From contig CAOKKG010000002.1 of NCBI GenBank assembly GCA_948468985.1, forward strand, positions 7,704 to 71,703: a DNA stretch of 64,000 nucleotides. The letters are read 5' to 3'. Position 1 is the first letter of the stretch; every line of letters starts with the position of its first letter. This DNA comes from an uncultured Eubacteriales bacterium. GTDB taxonomy: Bacteria; Bacillota; Clostridia; Christensenellales; Christensenellaceae. A program made the translations under genes and the position numbers. A model generated the notes under the pieces. That model worked only from the letters and a program-made list of their open reading frames with translations, searched no databases and had not been told where the DNA came from. This document shows positions 1 through 10,101 of the stretch, piece by piece.

Positions 1-317
1 TCCTGCGAAAATGGCTTGGTCATATAGTCGTCTGCGCCCGCGTCCAGCCCGCGCACCTTGTCGCTCACCTCGTCCTTGGCCGTGAGCAGCAGGATCGGAA
101 CATTGTTCTTTTCCGCGCGCAGGCGGCGCACGACCTCGATTCCATTCTGCCCCGGGAGCATGATGTCCAAAATTATCGCGTCATAGGCGTTACTCATGGC
201 GTATTCAAAGCCGTCATCGCCGTCATAGACGACATCCGTCTTGTATTTCTCTTCCCATAGAATCTGCCGAAGCGCTTCCGCCAGATGCACTTCGTCTTCC
301 ACGATCAAAATGCGCAT
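1..317 (-). CDS. OmpR-family response regulator, 3'-truncated by the window edge
   Basis: Manual translation MRILIVEDEVHLAEAL...IILDIMLPG...LLLTAK...GADDYMTKPF; AGGAGG RBS upstream of the ATG at 317. Confidence 0.93.
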   Translation of the reverse strand, partial: MRILIVEDEVHLAEALRQILWEEKYKTDVVYDGDDGFEYAMSNAYDAIILDIMLPGQNGIEVVRRLRAEKNNVPILLLTAKDEVSDKVRGLDAGADDYMTKPFSQ

Positions 318-406
318 ACTGTCCTCCTGTTGGCAATTCCCTTCCCTATGACGGAAAAGCCCCGCGCGGCCGCGCGTTTTCCGCATTCCGTCAAGGCTAT
401 TATAAC

Positions 407-438
407 AAAAAAAGAGAGTAAAGACCACTCTCTTTTTT
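407..438. terminator. Intrinsic terminator downstream of htrA
   Basis: AAAAAAAGAGAGT-7nt-ACTCTCTTTTTT inverted repeat. Confidence 0.85.
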
Positions 439-446
439 GGCTTTTG

Positions 447-2018
447 TCAATATACGACCATATGATTCATGTCGCCCACGACAACCGTGAAGTCGAGCAT
501 CTTTCCCTCGCGCCACACGGAAAGCTCAATCGTGTCGCCGGGGACCGCCGCGCGAATCGTGTCGACCAGAATGTCTTGCTCCGAAAGCGTCACGCCGTTG
601 CAGCGGACGATCACATCGCCCTTCTCCAGCCCTGCCGCCTCGGCCGGACTGTCCGGCATGAAGCTCTGAACTTGCTTGCCCTGCGGAACCTTTTGTTCCG
701 CCGCATCCTCGGCCGAAAGCTCGACATACAGAATCCCGATGCCCGGGCGCTTTACCGACCCGGATTGGATGATGGACAGCGCCGTTTCCACCGCCGCGTC
801 GATCGGGATCGCAAAACCGAGCCCTTCGGAATTGATGGCGTACCCGTTTTCGTCATAGGAGGACACGAGGCTCTTGAGCGTGACGATGCCGATGACCTCG
901 CCGCGGCTGTTTAGGAGCGCGCCGCCGCTGCTGCCGGGGTTGACTGCCGTATCGATCTGCAAGAATTCCTGTTGCGTGTTGTTATAGGTCATCTTGCGCC
1001 CGACATAGCTCACATAGCCCACCGTCACGCTGCCCGACAGGTCGGTATCCGCCCCGGCCGGGTTGCCCATCGCGATGGCGAGCTCCCCCACCTTGGTATC
1101 CGCCGAGCTTCCAATCGCAACTGGCTTCAGGCCGCTGCAATCCACCTTCAGCACAGCGATATCCATCGTCGCGTCGCCGCCCACGAACTGCGCCGGACAT
1201 TCGCCCTTGCCCTCGATGTCCACGGTATAGCTCGCGCTCTCGGCAATGACATGGAAGTTGGTGAGGATGTATCCGTCTTCGCGAATCACAAAGCCGGACC
1301 CGCGGGCATACAGCGTCTCTACCCCATCCTCCGTTGTGTATCCATTGATGCCGACCATGCTCTCCGCCCAATAGGCCGCGATCTCCGGCACGGGGTTGGC
1401 CGTGTTCTGAATCACGGGTGCGGTTCCGCCGATCTCTGTGATCGAAGGATCGGGCGCGTATTCGTCCTTTTTGATGACAGGCGTGTTCTGCTCGGTCTCA
1501 TAGCCCTGCCAAGGGTAGGGCGAGTTGTCGATCCGGTTGGCCAGCATCGGGATGAGCAGGTTGAGCGAGAGCAGAAAGCCCACAAACATGCAGGCCAGTG
1601 CCCCAGCAATGAGCCCTACGACCGTCCAGCTGCGGCGGCGCTTTGGGGGCGCCGGGGTCTGCGGCTGCGAACCTGGGTATCCGGGCGTGCCCGCGGGGTA
1701 CTGCCCCTGCCAGGCCTGCTGTACATAGGCGTTTTGCTGCACATAAGCGCCCTGCTGTGCGGCATAGCCAGAGGGCGTGCCGGTCTGCGCCTCCCCCCCG
1801 GCGGCAGGCTGCGCATAGACCTGCTGGGTATACCCCTGCGGCGCGGCATAGCCAGGGTACCCTGGCCGTACGGCCTCCTGTGGCTGCGCATAGACGGGCT
1901 GCGCGGCGCTCTGCTCCGCGGGCCGCGGTGCAGAACCCGCCTGTTCGTCCGCGTTTTGCGGCACGGAAGGCTGCTGCACGCCCGGCGTTTGTTCGTATGG
2001 ATTGCGATTCGGTTCCAT
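447..2018 (-). CDS. htrA: HtrA/DegP-like membrane-anchored serine protease (trypsin + PDZ) with Q/P/A/Y/G-rich N-terminus
   Basis: GSGF, TNFHVI, DIAVLK and NPGSSGGAL catalytic motifs; one TM helix; C-terminal PDZ; start chosen at MEPNRN. Confidence 0.92.
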   Translation of the reverse strand: MEPNRNPYEQTPGVQQPSVPQNADEQAGSAPRPAEQSAAQPVYAQPQEAVRPGYPGYAAPQGYTQQVYAQPAAGGEAQTGTPSGYAAQQGAYVQQNAYVQQAWQGQYPAGTPGYPGSQPQTPAPPKRRRSWTVVGLIAGALACMFVGFLLSLNLLIPMLANRIDNSPYPWQGYETEQNTPVIKKDEYAPDPSITEIGGTAPVIQNTANPVPEIAAYWAESMVGINGYTTEDGVETLYARGSGFVIREDGYILTNFHVIAESASYTVDIEGKGECPAQFVGGDATMDIAVLKVDCSGLKPVAIGSSADTKVGELAIAMGNPAGADTDLSGSVTVGYVSYVGRKMTYNNTQQEFLQIDTAVNPGSSGGALLNSRGEVIGIVTLKSLVSSYDENGYAINSEGLGFAIPIDAAVETALSIIQSGSVKRPGIGILYVELSAEDAAEQKVPQGKQVQSFMPDSPAEAAGLEKGDVIVRCNGVTLSEQDILVDTIRAAVPGDTIELSVWREGKMLDFTVVVGDMNHMVVY

Positions 2019-2047
2019 AAGTGCGTTTCTAACCTCTCTTTCCGAGA

Positions 2048-3493
2048 TCATTTTTCTTTCTTTGTGTCCGCAAGTGCCAAAGTGAACGTGAACACCGTCC
2101 CCATGCCCGCCTGCGAATTGACCCAGATCTTTTCGTTATGCCGGTGGATGATCTCCCGCACGATGGACAGGCCGATGCCCGTGCCCGGGATCTTGCGGTT
2201 ATGCGATTTGTCCACCTTGAAGAAGCGGTCAAAGATGTATTTGAGATCCTCCGGCGGGATAATCTGCCCGGTATTGGAAATATTCACATTCACCTTGCCG
2301 TCGGATTCATAGGTCCAAATCTTGATGTTTCCACCGTTCTCGCAGAACTTCACCGCGTTGTCCAACAGGTTGGTGACGACCTGCGTAATGCGGTCGATGT
2401 CCGCATGCACGAGCGTCTTGTCCTCTGGAATATTGACGGACAGGTCGATGCGCTTATCCTCAATCTTGCCGATGAAGTTGATGATGCAGCGGCGGATGAG
2501 CTCGTTGACATCCCAATCCGTCATATGCATCGGGAACTGGTCGGATTCGATGCGCACCAGGTCCAAGAGGTCGATGATGAGCGCGTTCATGCGCCGCGTC
2601 TCGGAGAGCACGATCTCAAGATAGGTCTTTTCCTCCGCGGGCGGGATCGTCCCGTCCAACATGCCCTGGATAAACCCCTGAATCGCCGTAAGCGGGCTTT
2701 TTAACTCATGCGAGACATTGCCCACAAAGCTGGAGCGCGTATCCTCATATTTCTTGAGCGCCTCGGCCATCATGTTGAAGGTCTCTGTGAGCTGCCCGAT
2801 CTCCCCGCGGTCGCGCACCTCGATGCGCTGGTCAAAATTACCCTTGGCGAGCTCGCCCGCCGCCTTGTTCATCTCATACAGCGGCCGGGAAATCTGCCGT
2901 GAGACAAGGAAGCACAGCGCCACGCCGACGCACAATGCCACGCCGACGACCGCCAGCGACGCCTGCTGCACCTGCGTGATCACGGCTTCCACGCCCGAAA
3001 CCTGCCCATTCATATACACCGCGCCGATGACCGCGCCGTCCTTTTGGATCGCGCAGCCCACCGTGATGACTGGCGAATAGTATAGCCCATCGCCCGCATA
3101 GGCGGTATAGACCATATCGCCCGTCCCGATCCGCTCGGCCAGTTCCTTCTGGTTCTGCCGGGCGTAGCTCTCATACCCGACATACGCATCGTCGTAGTTC
3201 AGCTCGATCGCAATCTGCCCGTAGGCATCTGCGATCCAGATCGCGCCGTTGCGCTTTTCCGCCACTTCGCGCAAGTATCTCAAAAGCGCCTCGTCGGTGC
3301 TGCCCGTCTCGTAGTACTCCTGAAAGGTCTGCCGGATGAGTGCGCACCCGTCGCCGAAGCGCGAGACCAGCTCGCCCACGGCCTGCCGCCGCAGCTGCAC
3401 CATCAGAATGGCGTTCATCAGCAGCACACTCAACAGAAGTACGCCCAAGCACACGGCCAGGATGCGGGAAAACAGAGTTCGATAGCGAAACAT
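2048..3493 (-). CDS. Sensor histidine kinase (2 TM, HAMP, HisKA, HATPase)
   Basis: SHELKSPL H-box, NLLDNAVKF N-box, FDRFFK, GTGIGLSI. Confidence 0.95.
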   Translation of the reverse strand: MFRYRTLFSRILAVCLGVLLLSVLLMNAILMVQLRRQAVGELVSRFGDGCALIRQTFQEYYETGSTDEALLRYLREVAEKRNGAIWIADAYGQIAIELNYDDAYVGYESYARQNQKELAERIGTGDMVYTAYAGDGLYYSPVITVGCAIQKDGAVIGAVYMNGQVSGVEAVITQVQQASLAVVGVALCVGVALCFLVSRQISRPLYEMNKAAGELAKGNFDQRIEVRDRGEIGQLTETFNMMAEALKKYEDTRSSFVGNVSHELKSPLTAIQGFIQGMLDGTIPPAEEKTYLEIVLSETRRMNALIIDLLDLVRIESDQFPMHMTDWDVNELIRRCIINFIGKIEDKRIDLSVNIPEDKTLVHADIDRITQVVTNLLDNAVKFCENGGNIKIWTYESDGKVNVNISNTGQIIPPEDLKYIFDRFFKVDKSHNRKIPGTGIGLSIVREIIHRHNEKIWVNSQAGMGTVFTFTLALADTKKEK

Positions 3494-4188
3494 TAGTTGC
3501 TCCCCGCTTCCTCCACCTCGAATTTATACCCGACGCCCCACACCGTCTTGATATGCCAAGGGTGATCGTCGCCCAGCTTTTCGCGCAGGCGCTTGATATG
3601 CACATCAATCGTGCGGGAATCGCCGTAGAAGTCGAATTCCCACACCTTCTGCAGGAGCTGTTCGCGCGTGAACACCTTGTTCGGATGCGACGCGAGGAAG
3701 TAGAGAAGCTCCAGCTCCTTGGGCGGGAGCTCCAGCTTTTTGCCGCAGTATTCCACGGTATATTCCGAAATGGAGATCTCCAGGTTCTCGTATTTGATGG
3801 TTGCCGGTTCCTCGGCGGCCGTCTCCGTCCGGCGGATGACAGCCTTGATGCGCGCAATCAATTCCTTCGGTTCAAACGGCTTGACGATGTAATCGTCCGC
3901 CCCGAGTTCCAGCGCCAGCACCTTGTCGATGGTGTCGCCCTTGGCCGTCAGCATGATGACGGGCACAGAGCTCTCCCGGCGGATCTGCTTGATGACCTCG
4001 ATGCCGTCCATCCCGGGCATCATGATGTCTAACAGCACCAGATCGGGCGTCTCCTGATGGAACAGATCCAATCCCGCGGCGCCATCGTGGGCGACTTGCA
4101 CGTTCATTCCTTCCTTTTCCAGATACAGCCGGATCACCTTGCAGATATTCTCGTCGTCATCCATCAAAAGTATCGTCGTATTCGCCAT
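3493..4188 (-). CDS. OmpR-family response regulator
   Basis: DDD, LLDIMMP, LTAK and KPF receiver motifs; winged helix RTIDVHIKRLREKL...WGVGY; GGAGG RBS. Confidence 0.95.
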   Translation of the reverse strand: MANTTILLMDDDENICKVIRLYLEKEGMNVQVAHDGAAGLDLFHQETPDLVLLDIMMPGMDGIEVIKQIRRESSVPVIMLTAKGDTIDKVLALELGADDYIVKPFEPKELIARIKAVIRRTETAAEEPATIKYENLEISISEYTVEYCGKKLELPPKELELLYFLASHPNKVFTREQLLQKVWEFDFYGDSRTIDVHIKRLREKLGDDHPWHIKTVWGVGYKFEVEEAGSN

Positions 4189-4294
4189 CGCGCTTCCTCC
4201 TTTATTGCCTGTCTGGCCCGGGGCCAAATTCTTTGGCAACATTATATCGATTTTTTATGAACAATTTGTAACTTTCGCGCAACATTCGTGAAAA

Positions 4295-6664
4295 CTACTT
4301 TAAGGTCACGATCGTCACGCCGCCCTCGCCCTCGCCGTATTTGCCGAGGCGGAAGGATTCCACATGCGGATGCCGCCGCAGGAATTGGTGGATGCCGCTG
4401 CGCAGTGCGCCCGTACCCTTGCCGTGGATGACGGACACCTCGTGCAGTCCCGCCAAAAACGCGTCGTCCAGGTATTTGTCCAGTTCGACGATCGCTTCCT
4501 CCACCGTGTACCCGTGCAGATCGACGGACAGGGAGACCGGCTTGTGCGCAAGCTGCACGCTCGAGGTGCGCATGGCGCGGCGCTTGCCCGTCTGCTTTTC
4601 GACGAGGTCGCTCGCCGCGACATTCACGCTCAAAATACCCGCCTGCACGGACAGCATGCCCTTGGCGTCCGGCAGGGTCAGCACCGTCGCATCCACACCC
4701 AGGCTTATGACATGCACCTCCTGGCCGATTTGCAGCTTTCGGGCGTCCAGCCGCTTGCCGGCCGCCGCCTTCTTTTTCTGCGGCTGCTCGATTTGCCGCT
4801 GCAGCCGTTCCTGCTTCTGCGCAAGGTCCGCACGCACGCGCTCGGTCGTCCGCGTCGCATCGCTTTCAGTCTGCCGCCGCGTCTTGCGCGCCTCTTTCAG
4901 GATGCGCTCGGTCTCCTCCTTGGCCTGCCGGACGATCTCATACGCCTCCTGCCGCGCCTTTTGAAGCGCCTTTTCCCGGCGCTCGGCGATTTCCTTCTCG
5001 ACGGCCTTGACCTTCTTTTCGGATTCCCGCGCCTGCTTCTCCAGCGCCATCGCCTGCTGCATCCGCTGATCGGCGTTCTTGCGCGTGCGCTCCGCCTGGA
5101 GCATCAGGCGATCGAATTCCAGCCGTTCCTCGCGCATAAAGGCGCTCGCGCGCTCGATGACTTCCTTTTTCAACCCCAGCCGTTTGGAGATCAAAAACGC
5201 ATTGCTCGATCCCGCCACGCCCATGATGAGCCGGAAGGTCGGGCGGAGCGAATTCGGATCGAATTCCATGCTGGCGTTTTCAAAATACGGCGCCGTCGCG
5301 GCATATGCCTTGATCTCGCTGTAATGCGTCGTGGCGAAGATGTGTGCGCCGCGGTCGGTGAGCTCGCTTAGGATGGCGAGTGCCAGCGCGGTGCCCTCCT
5401 CGGGATCCGTCCCCGCACCCATCTCGTCCAGCAGCACGAGCGAGCCGCTGTCCGCCTTGCGCAGGATGTAGATGGTGTTCTTCATGTGCGAACTGAAGGT
5501 GGACAGCGACTGCTCGATGCTCTGCTCGTCGCCGATGTCCGCAAACACCGCCGAAAATACGGGTAGCGTGCTCCCCTCCTGCGCAGGCAGGAACAGGCCG
5601 CTTTGCGCCATGAGCGCGAACAGCCCCACGAGCTTGAGCGTGACCGTCTTGCCGCCCGTGTTGGGACCGGTGATGATGAGCGTGCGCACCGCGGGATCGA
5701 CATCCACCGTGACGGGAATGACCTCCGCCGCGTCGATGCCCGGGTGCCGCCCCGCCAGGATGCGGATCCGCCCCTCATCGTTTAGTACCGGGCGGAATGC
5801 CTTCATGCAGATGGCGAGCGCCGCCTTGGCAAAGATAAGGTCAAGGTAGGAAAGGATCTCGATGTCCTGCCGCAGCTCTGCCGCACCCGCCCCCGCGAGG
5901 TCGCTCAATTCCTGCAAAATGCGGGCAATCTCGCGCTTTTCCTCCTCTTCCAAAAGGCGCAGGCGGTTGTTCGCCTCTACGATGCCCATCGGCTCGATGA
6001 ACAGCGTCGCGCCACTCGCCGACTGCCCATGGATGAGCCCCGGAACCTGCGCGCGGTATTCCTGCTTGACCGGGACGACAAAGCGCCCCTCGCGCATAGT
6101 CACGATGCCCTCCTGCAAATAGGCCGCCTGCTCCTTGCTGCGCAGGATGCCGTTCAGCTTTTCGCGGATCTGCGCGTTTTCGGTCTTGATGCGGCGGCGG
6201 ATGTCGCGCAATTCGCGCGAGGCGTTGTCCGCGACCTCCTCCTCGCTTAGGATGCATTGCTCGATGCGCGAGATCAGCGCGTCGTCATACCACAGCCCCT
6301 CGGCCATCTCCGCCAGGCGGACGACATTTCTTTCCTCGTCCCGCCGGATGCCCTGCGCCGCGCGCTTGGCCGCCCGGTGCAGCCGCAACACGCGCAGAAG
6401 CTCCGCACAGGACAGCGCCGCACCCGCCCGCAGGCGGGAAAGCTCCGCCTTGAGATCGTCGAACCCGCTCATCGGGTAGGCCGCCGCCGCGAGCGAGAGG
6501 TGTTCCGCCTCTGCCGTTTCCGCGAGCAGCGCCTCCACCGCCTCCCTCTCCGCGCTGGGCTGCAATGCCCGCGCGAGCGCCGCCCCCGGTTCGGAAAGCG
6601 TCAGGCCGCACAGGCGTTCCCGCAATTTATCAAATCCAAGTTTTCGAAAGACTCTCTCGTCCAC
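4295..6664 (-). CDS. mutS2: MutS2 (ATPase + Smr domain)
   Basis: TGPNTGGKT, DIGDEQSIEQSLSTFSSHM, LLDEMGAGTDP, TTHY, C-terminal Smr DLHG...IHGKGTG; probable GTG start at 6664. Confidence 0.95.
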   Translation of the reverse strand: MDERVFRKLGFDKLRERLCGLTLSEPGAALARALQPSAEREAVEALLAETAEAEHLSLAAAAYPMSGFDDLKAELSRLRAGAALSCAELLRVLRLHRAAKRAAQGIRRDEERNVVRLAEMAEGLWYDDALISRIEQCILSEEEVADNASRELRDIRRRIKTENAQIREKLNGILRSKEQAAYLQEGIVTMREGRFVVPVKQEYRAQVPGLIHGQSASGATLFIEPMGIVEANNRLRLLEEEEKREIARILQELSDLAGAGAAELRQDIEILSYLDLIFAKAALAICMKAFRPVLNDEGRIRILAGRHPGIDAAEVIPVTVDVDPAVRTLIITGPNTGGKTVTLKLVGLFALMAQSGLFLPAQEGSTLPVFSAVFADIGDEQSIEQSLSTFSSHMKNTIYILRKADSGSLVLLDEMGAGTDPEEGTALALAILSELTDRGAHIFATTHYSEIKAYAATAPYFENASMEFDPNSLRPTFRLIMGVAGSSNAFLISKRLGLKKEVIERASAFMREERLEFDRLMLQAERTRKNADQRMQQAMALEKQARESEKKVKAVEKEIAERREKALQKARQEAYEIVRQAKEETERILKEARKTRRQTESDATRTTERVRADLAQKQERLQRQIEQPQKKKAAAGKRLDARKLQIGQEVHVISLGVDATVLTLPDAKGMLSVQAGILSVNVAASDLVEKQTGKRRAMRTSSVQLAHKPVSLSVDLHGYTVEEAIVELDKYLDDAFLAGLHEVSVIHGKGTGALRSGIHQFLRRHPHVESFRLGKYGEGEGGVTIVTLK

Positions 6665-6668
6665 TTGC

Positions 6669-8954
6669 CTATTCCACTCCTCTATAAAAATGCCCGCTGC
6701 TGTATTGGCTTTGCCGGTCGCGGCGGGGGAATTCGCCCTGCCCATGCCAGGCCGCGGCATATCCGCGCACCACGCGCGCCGTTTCCTCGGCCGATTCGTC
6801 CACAAACACGAGCCGCAGCCCCGTGACCCCCGCCCGGCGCACATCCGCCGCCCGATAAAGAGCGATAGGCACTGCGTTATATACCTGCGTCAGGCACACG
6901 CCGCCCCATAGCCGCCGAAGGGGGAAGCGATAGCCCAATTTGTCCTGCAATTCTGCCTTGCCACAGGCTTCGCATCCGCCCGCCCGGCGCGTCGGGCAGT
7001 GATGGAGGTTCATGAGCGGGATGCGCCCATAGGCGACGGTTTCCTTGTTCCCCGGCAAGTCCGCGATGCGGGCGGCGTCGATCTCCTGGCTCACGGCCAC
7101 ATCCGCCGCACCGAGGCGCGCGAGCGCCTCCACCGCCGCCCGGTTGGCCGCATTCGTCCAAAAATCCGCCACCCAAGCAAGCCCCAGGTCCCGCGCCGCC
7201 TGAATCGCCCCCGGGTTGGGCGCCACTACACCCGCGAGGCGGGCCCTATGCGCCGCCGCCACACCGGAAAGCCATGCCCCCGCTGCATCGTCAAAAAACG
7301 GCGGCAGCACCAGCCATATGGGGGACAGCGACTCGTCCGAAAGGATGTCTTGCAGTGCCTCCGCGCCTTCCGGCGCGACATAGAGGCGGTCTGCCCCCGC
7401 CGCGGCCGCCGCGCGCGCCTGCGCCGGCGTGCGCACCTGCGCCGCGACATAGCGGGGTTGCTTGTCCCACACGATGGGCGGCAGCGGCTTTCCCGCCGCC
7501 GGGTGCGCATGCGGTTTCTTTGCGGGGGACAGTTCCCCAAGCAGCGCCGCGAGCGCCTCCCGCCGCAGGGCGTTCATCTGCGAAACGGGCAGAAACGGCG
7601 CGCCCGCAAGCGCCACCCGGCAATCCGTGATGCGCACGGGAAGTCCCGCCGTCTTGCACAGCTGCTGCCGGATGCGATCGGGGGCCGCCGGCTTTTGCGC
7701 CCGTTCCCGCACCGGCGCTTCCGCCCGCGCGGTCTTGCCGTCTGCGCTCGCCTCCAGGCATGCCATGCCGCCCTCCGCGGCAGAAAACCGCAAAGTTACC
7801 GCCGTTTCGCAAAAATCCGCCTGTCCCCGCCCCGCGGCCTGCGCCTTTTGGAGAAGTGCCAAAGAGGCCTTCAGATACACCGGATCTCCCACGGCCGCGC
7901 CCCGCGGCACGGCAATGCGGAACCCATCGCCTTCCCGGTCGGCATAGGCGAGCGCAAAGCCCTGCGTGCCGACCTCGACGCTGTCGCCCTTTTGGAGCGG
8001 CCAATCCGTGCGCGCAAAGCCCCGCCCGCCGCGGATGTCCGCGATCTTGCCGAGATACAGCCCCCGGTGGTTCGGCTTTTTTACATAGGTCACATCGCGG
8101 CTGCCCAAAAGGTAGCCCTCCGAAAACCCGCCGCGGTTGAACATCACCGAAAGCTCCCGCCGCAGCGCCGCCGTGTCCGCCCGCCGCCCCACAGCATAGG
8201 CATCCATCGCCCGGCGATAGGCCGCGACCGCCGAGGTCACATATTCGAGCTTCTTCATACGTCCCTCGATCTTTAAGGAGCAGACGCCCGCGCGGTCAAA
8301 TGCCGCAATGAGGTCGAGCGTGCACAAATCCTTCATGCTCAAAAAGTATCCCTTTTCGCCGAGCAGGCGATATTCCTGCCGGCAGGGCTGCGCGCACCGG
8401 CCACGGTTGCCGCTGCGCCCGCCGAGCACGCCGGACATCAGGCACGCGCCGGACACGCTGGAACACATCGCCCCATGGCAGAATGCCTCGACTTCTATCC
8501 CCGCTTGCGCCATCGCGCACAGGTCGGCCATCGTGCATTCGCGCGCCGCCACGACGCGGGTGCAGCCCAGACTTTGCAAAAGCGCCGCCCCGGCGGCACT
8601 CTGCACCCCAGCCTGCGTGCTGGCATGCAGTGCAAGCCCTGGAAAGCGGGCGTGCGCCTCGGCGATGTATCCGAGGTCGGCCGCGATGATTGCATCCACC
8701 CCCGCGTCATAGAGGCGCCCGGTGTAGGAAAGCGCGTCGGCGAGTTCCCGGGTGTCGAGCATGGTGTTGAGCGCGACATAGACCTTTTTGCCGTGCGCAT
8801 GCGCAAAATCCAGCGTGTCTAAAAGATCCCGCTCGTCAAAGTTCTTTGCATAGGCGCGCGCGCTCCACAGCCCGCCCACATAGCAGGCGTCCGCCCCCGC
8901 GCGCAGCGCGGCCAGCGCAATTTCCTTTTCCCCCGCCGGGGCCAACAGCTCCAT
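6669..8954 (-). CDS. U32-family protein with DUF3656-like region (RlhA-like hydroxylase family)
   Basis: ELLAPAG, HASTQ, E-x-F-x-HG-x-MC-x3-SG-x-C, NRG-x-CAQPCR, LKIEGRMK. Confidence 0.88.
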   Translation of the reverse strand: MELLAPAGEKEIALAALRAGADACYVGGLWSARAYAKNFDERDLLDTLDFAHAHGKKVYVALNTMLDTRELADALSYTGRLYDAGVDAIIAADLGYIAEAHARFPGLALHASTQAGVQSAAGAALLQSLGCTRVVAARECTMADLCAMAQAGIEVEAFCHGAMCSSVSGACLMSGVLGGRSGNRGRCAQPCRQEYRLLGEKGYFLSMKDLCTLDLIAAFDRAGVCSLKIEGRMKKLEYVTSAVAAYRRAMDAYAVGRRADTAALRRELSVMFNRGGFSEGYLLGSRDVTYVKKPNHRGLYLGKIADIRGGRGFARTDWPLQKGDSVEVGTQGFALAYADREGDGFRIAVPRGAAVGDPVYLKASLALLQKAQAAGRGQADFCETAVTLRFSAAEGGMACLEASADGKTARAEAPVRERAQKPAAPDRIRQQLCKTAGLPVRITDCRVALAGAPFLPVSQMNALRREALAALLGELSPAKKPHAHPAAGKPLPPIVWDKQPRYVAAQVRTPAQARAAAAAGADRLYVAPEGAEALQDILSDESLSPIWLVLPPFFDDAAGAWLSGVAAAHRARLAGVVAPNPGAIQAARDLGLAWVADFWTNAANRAAVEALARLGAADVAVSQEIDAARIADLPGNKETVAYGRIPLMNLHHCPTRRAGGCEACGKAELQDKLGYRFPLRRLWGGVCLTQVYNAVPIALYRAADVRRAGVTGLRLVFVDESAEETARVVRGYAAAWHGQGEFPRRDRQSQYSSGHFYRGVE

Positions 8955-9023
8955 CCTCTCCTGCACCTCCCTTCGCAGCCTCTCATACAAAAAATGCGCC
9001 CAAATACGGGGCGCATCCGGTGT

Positions 9024-9404
9024 TTACAGTTCCTTTTTGCCGGTTTTTTCAGCTTCCATGCTCTTGATCCGCTCCAGCGCGCGCTTTAGCTTGGCATTCT
9101 GGCCGATCTCCGCTTTTTCCTCCAAGATCCGAAGCTCGATCTCCGCCGCGCGCAGCTTTTCCTTCGTCTCGGCAAGCTCCGCCGCCGTTTCGTCCAAGCG
9201 CGCGGATTTCTTGGTGAGCTCGTCCAGGATCATAAGCGCCGTCAGCGCTGTGGCCGGGCTGGTCGGCAACCCGATGTACGCCGCCGAGGTCTGCTTGATG
9301 CGCTCGTTTAGTTCATAGGCAAGCTGATGGATGTACTCGCCGCTGTCGTCCGACACGATTTTGAATTCCCGGCCGCAGATCGTGACCGTCGTCTTATTCT
9401 GCAT
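9024..9404 (-). CDS. zapA: Cell division protein ZapA
   Basis: VTICGREFKI...YIHQLAYELNERI...ALTALMILDE followed by a coiled coil; upstream of U32-mutS2. Confidence 0.8.
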   Translation of the reverse strand: MQNKTTVTICGREFKIVSDDSGEYIHQLAYELNERIKQTSAAYIGLPTSPATALTALMILDELTKKSARLDETAAELAETKEKLRAAEIELRILEEKAEIGQNAKLKRALERIKSMEAEKTGKKEL

Positions 9405-9496
9405 CCTTCCGCCTCCTATTTTCAGATACTTTTATCATAGCGCATTTTCCCGCTGCATGCAAGGACACGGCGCATATTTCTGCCCGTTTTTACGGG

Positions 9497-10033
9497 TCAA
9501 TCGCGCGGGGCTTCCGCTTCGCGCAGGTGCATCGCCGCCTGCGGCACATGGGCATGCACAAGGGAGAGCAGCACGCGCCGTTCCGCCGGGGAGAGGTCGG
9601 TCTTACGGATTGTGAACATCTGCACCCGGTTGATGAAGAAGAGATAGAACAGCCGCGTTTCGTATACGCCGCCGATTTTTTCCCAGGCACAGCAAAGCCC
9701 GTCGGGGAGCGCAGCGGAGTAGGCCGCGACGCCCCCCGGCCCCAGGCGGTATTCCGCTTCGGTGCGCGCCTCGAGGTTCCCCCGGCGCAGCACGCGCAGG
9801 ATCTGGAACTCCATGATCAGGATCGCCAGCACCGGGCAGGCGCAGAACACAATCCCCAAGATCCGGCAACTCAGGTTGTCAAAAAAGCAACCCAATAGCA
9901 CCGCGCCCACGAGCAGCATCGCGCCAAACAGCGCGCCCACCCGGCGATCCTTGCCGAACATGTTCCAATAGGTCAATTTGCGGTAATCCCCGCGGTGCAG
10001 CGCCGAGCGCACGCACACTTCCTGTTTTGCCAT
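9497..10033 (-). CDS. YcxB-like membrane protein
   Basis: MAKQEV start with GGAGG RBS; two TM helices, then W-x2-I-x2-V-x-ET..FYLF..FTIRK pattern. Confidence 0.7.
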   Translation of the reverse strand: MAKQEVCVRSALHRGDYRKLTYWNMFGKDRRVGALFGAMLLVGAVLLGCFFDNLSCRILGIVFCACPVLAILIMEFQILRVLRRGNLEARTEAEYRLGPGGVAAYSAALPDGLCCAWEKIGGVYETRLFYLFFINRVQMFTIRKTDLSPAERRVLLSLVHAHVPQAAMHLREAEAPRD

Positions 10034-10101
10034 CGAGGTTCCTCCTTTGTTCATCGGCCGCGGCCGGGGCGGCTCGTTTTTTCGGCGCAAACGGCGGATG
10101 A

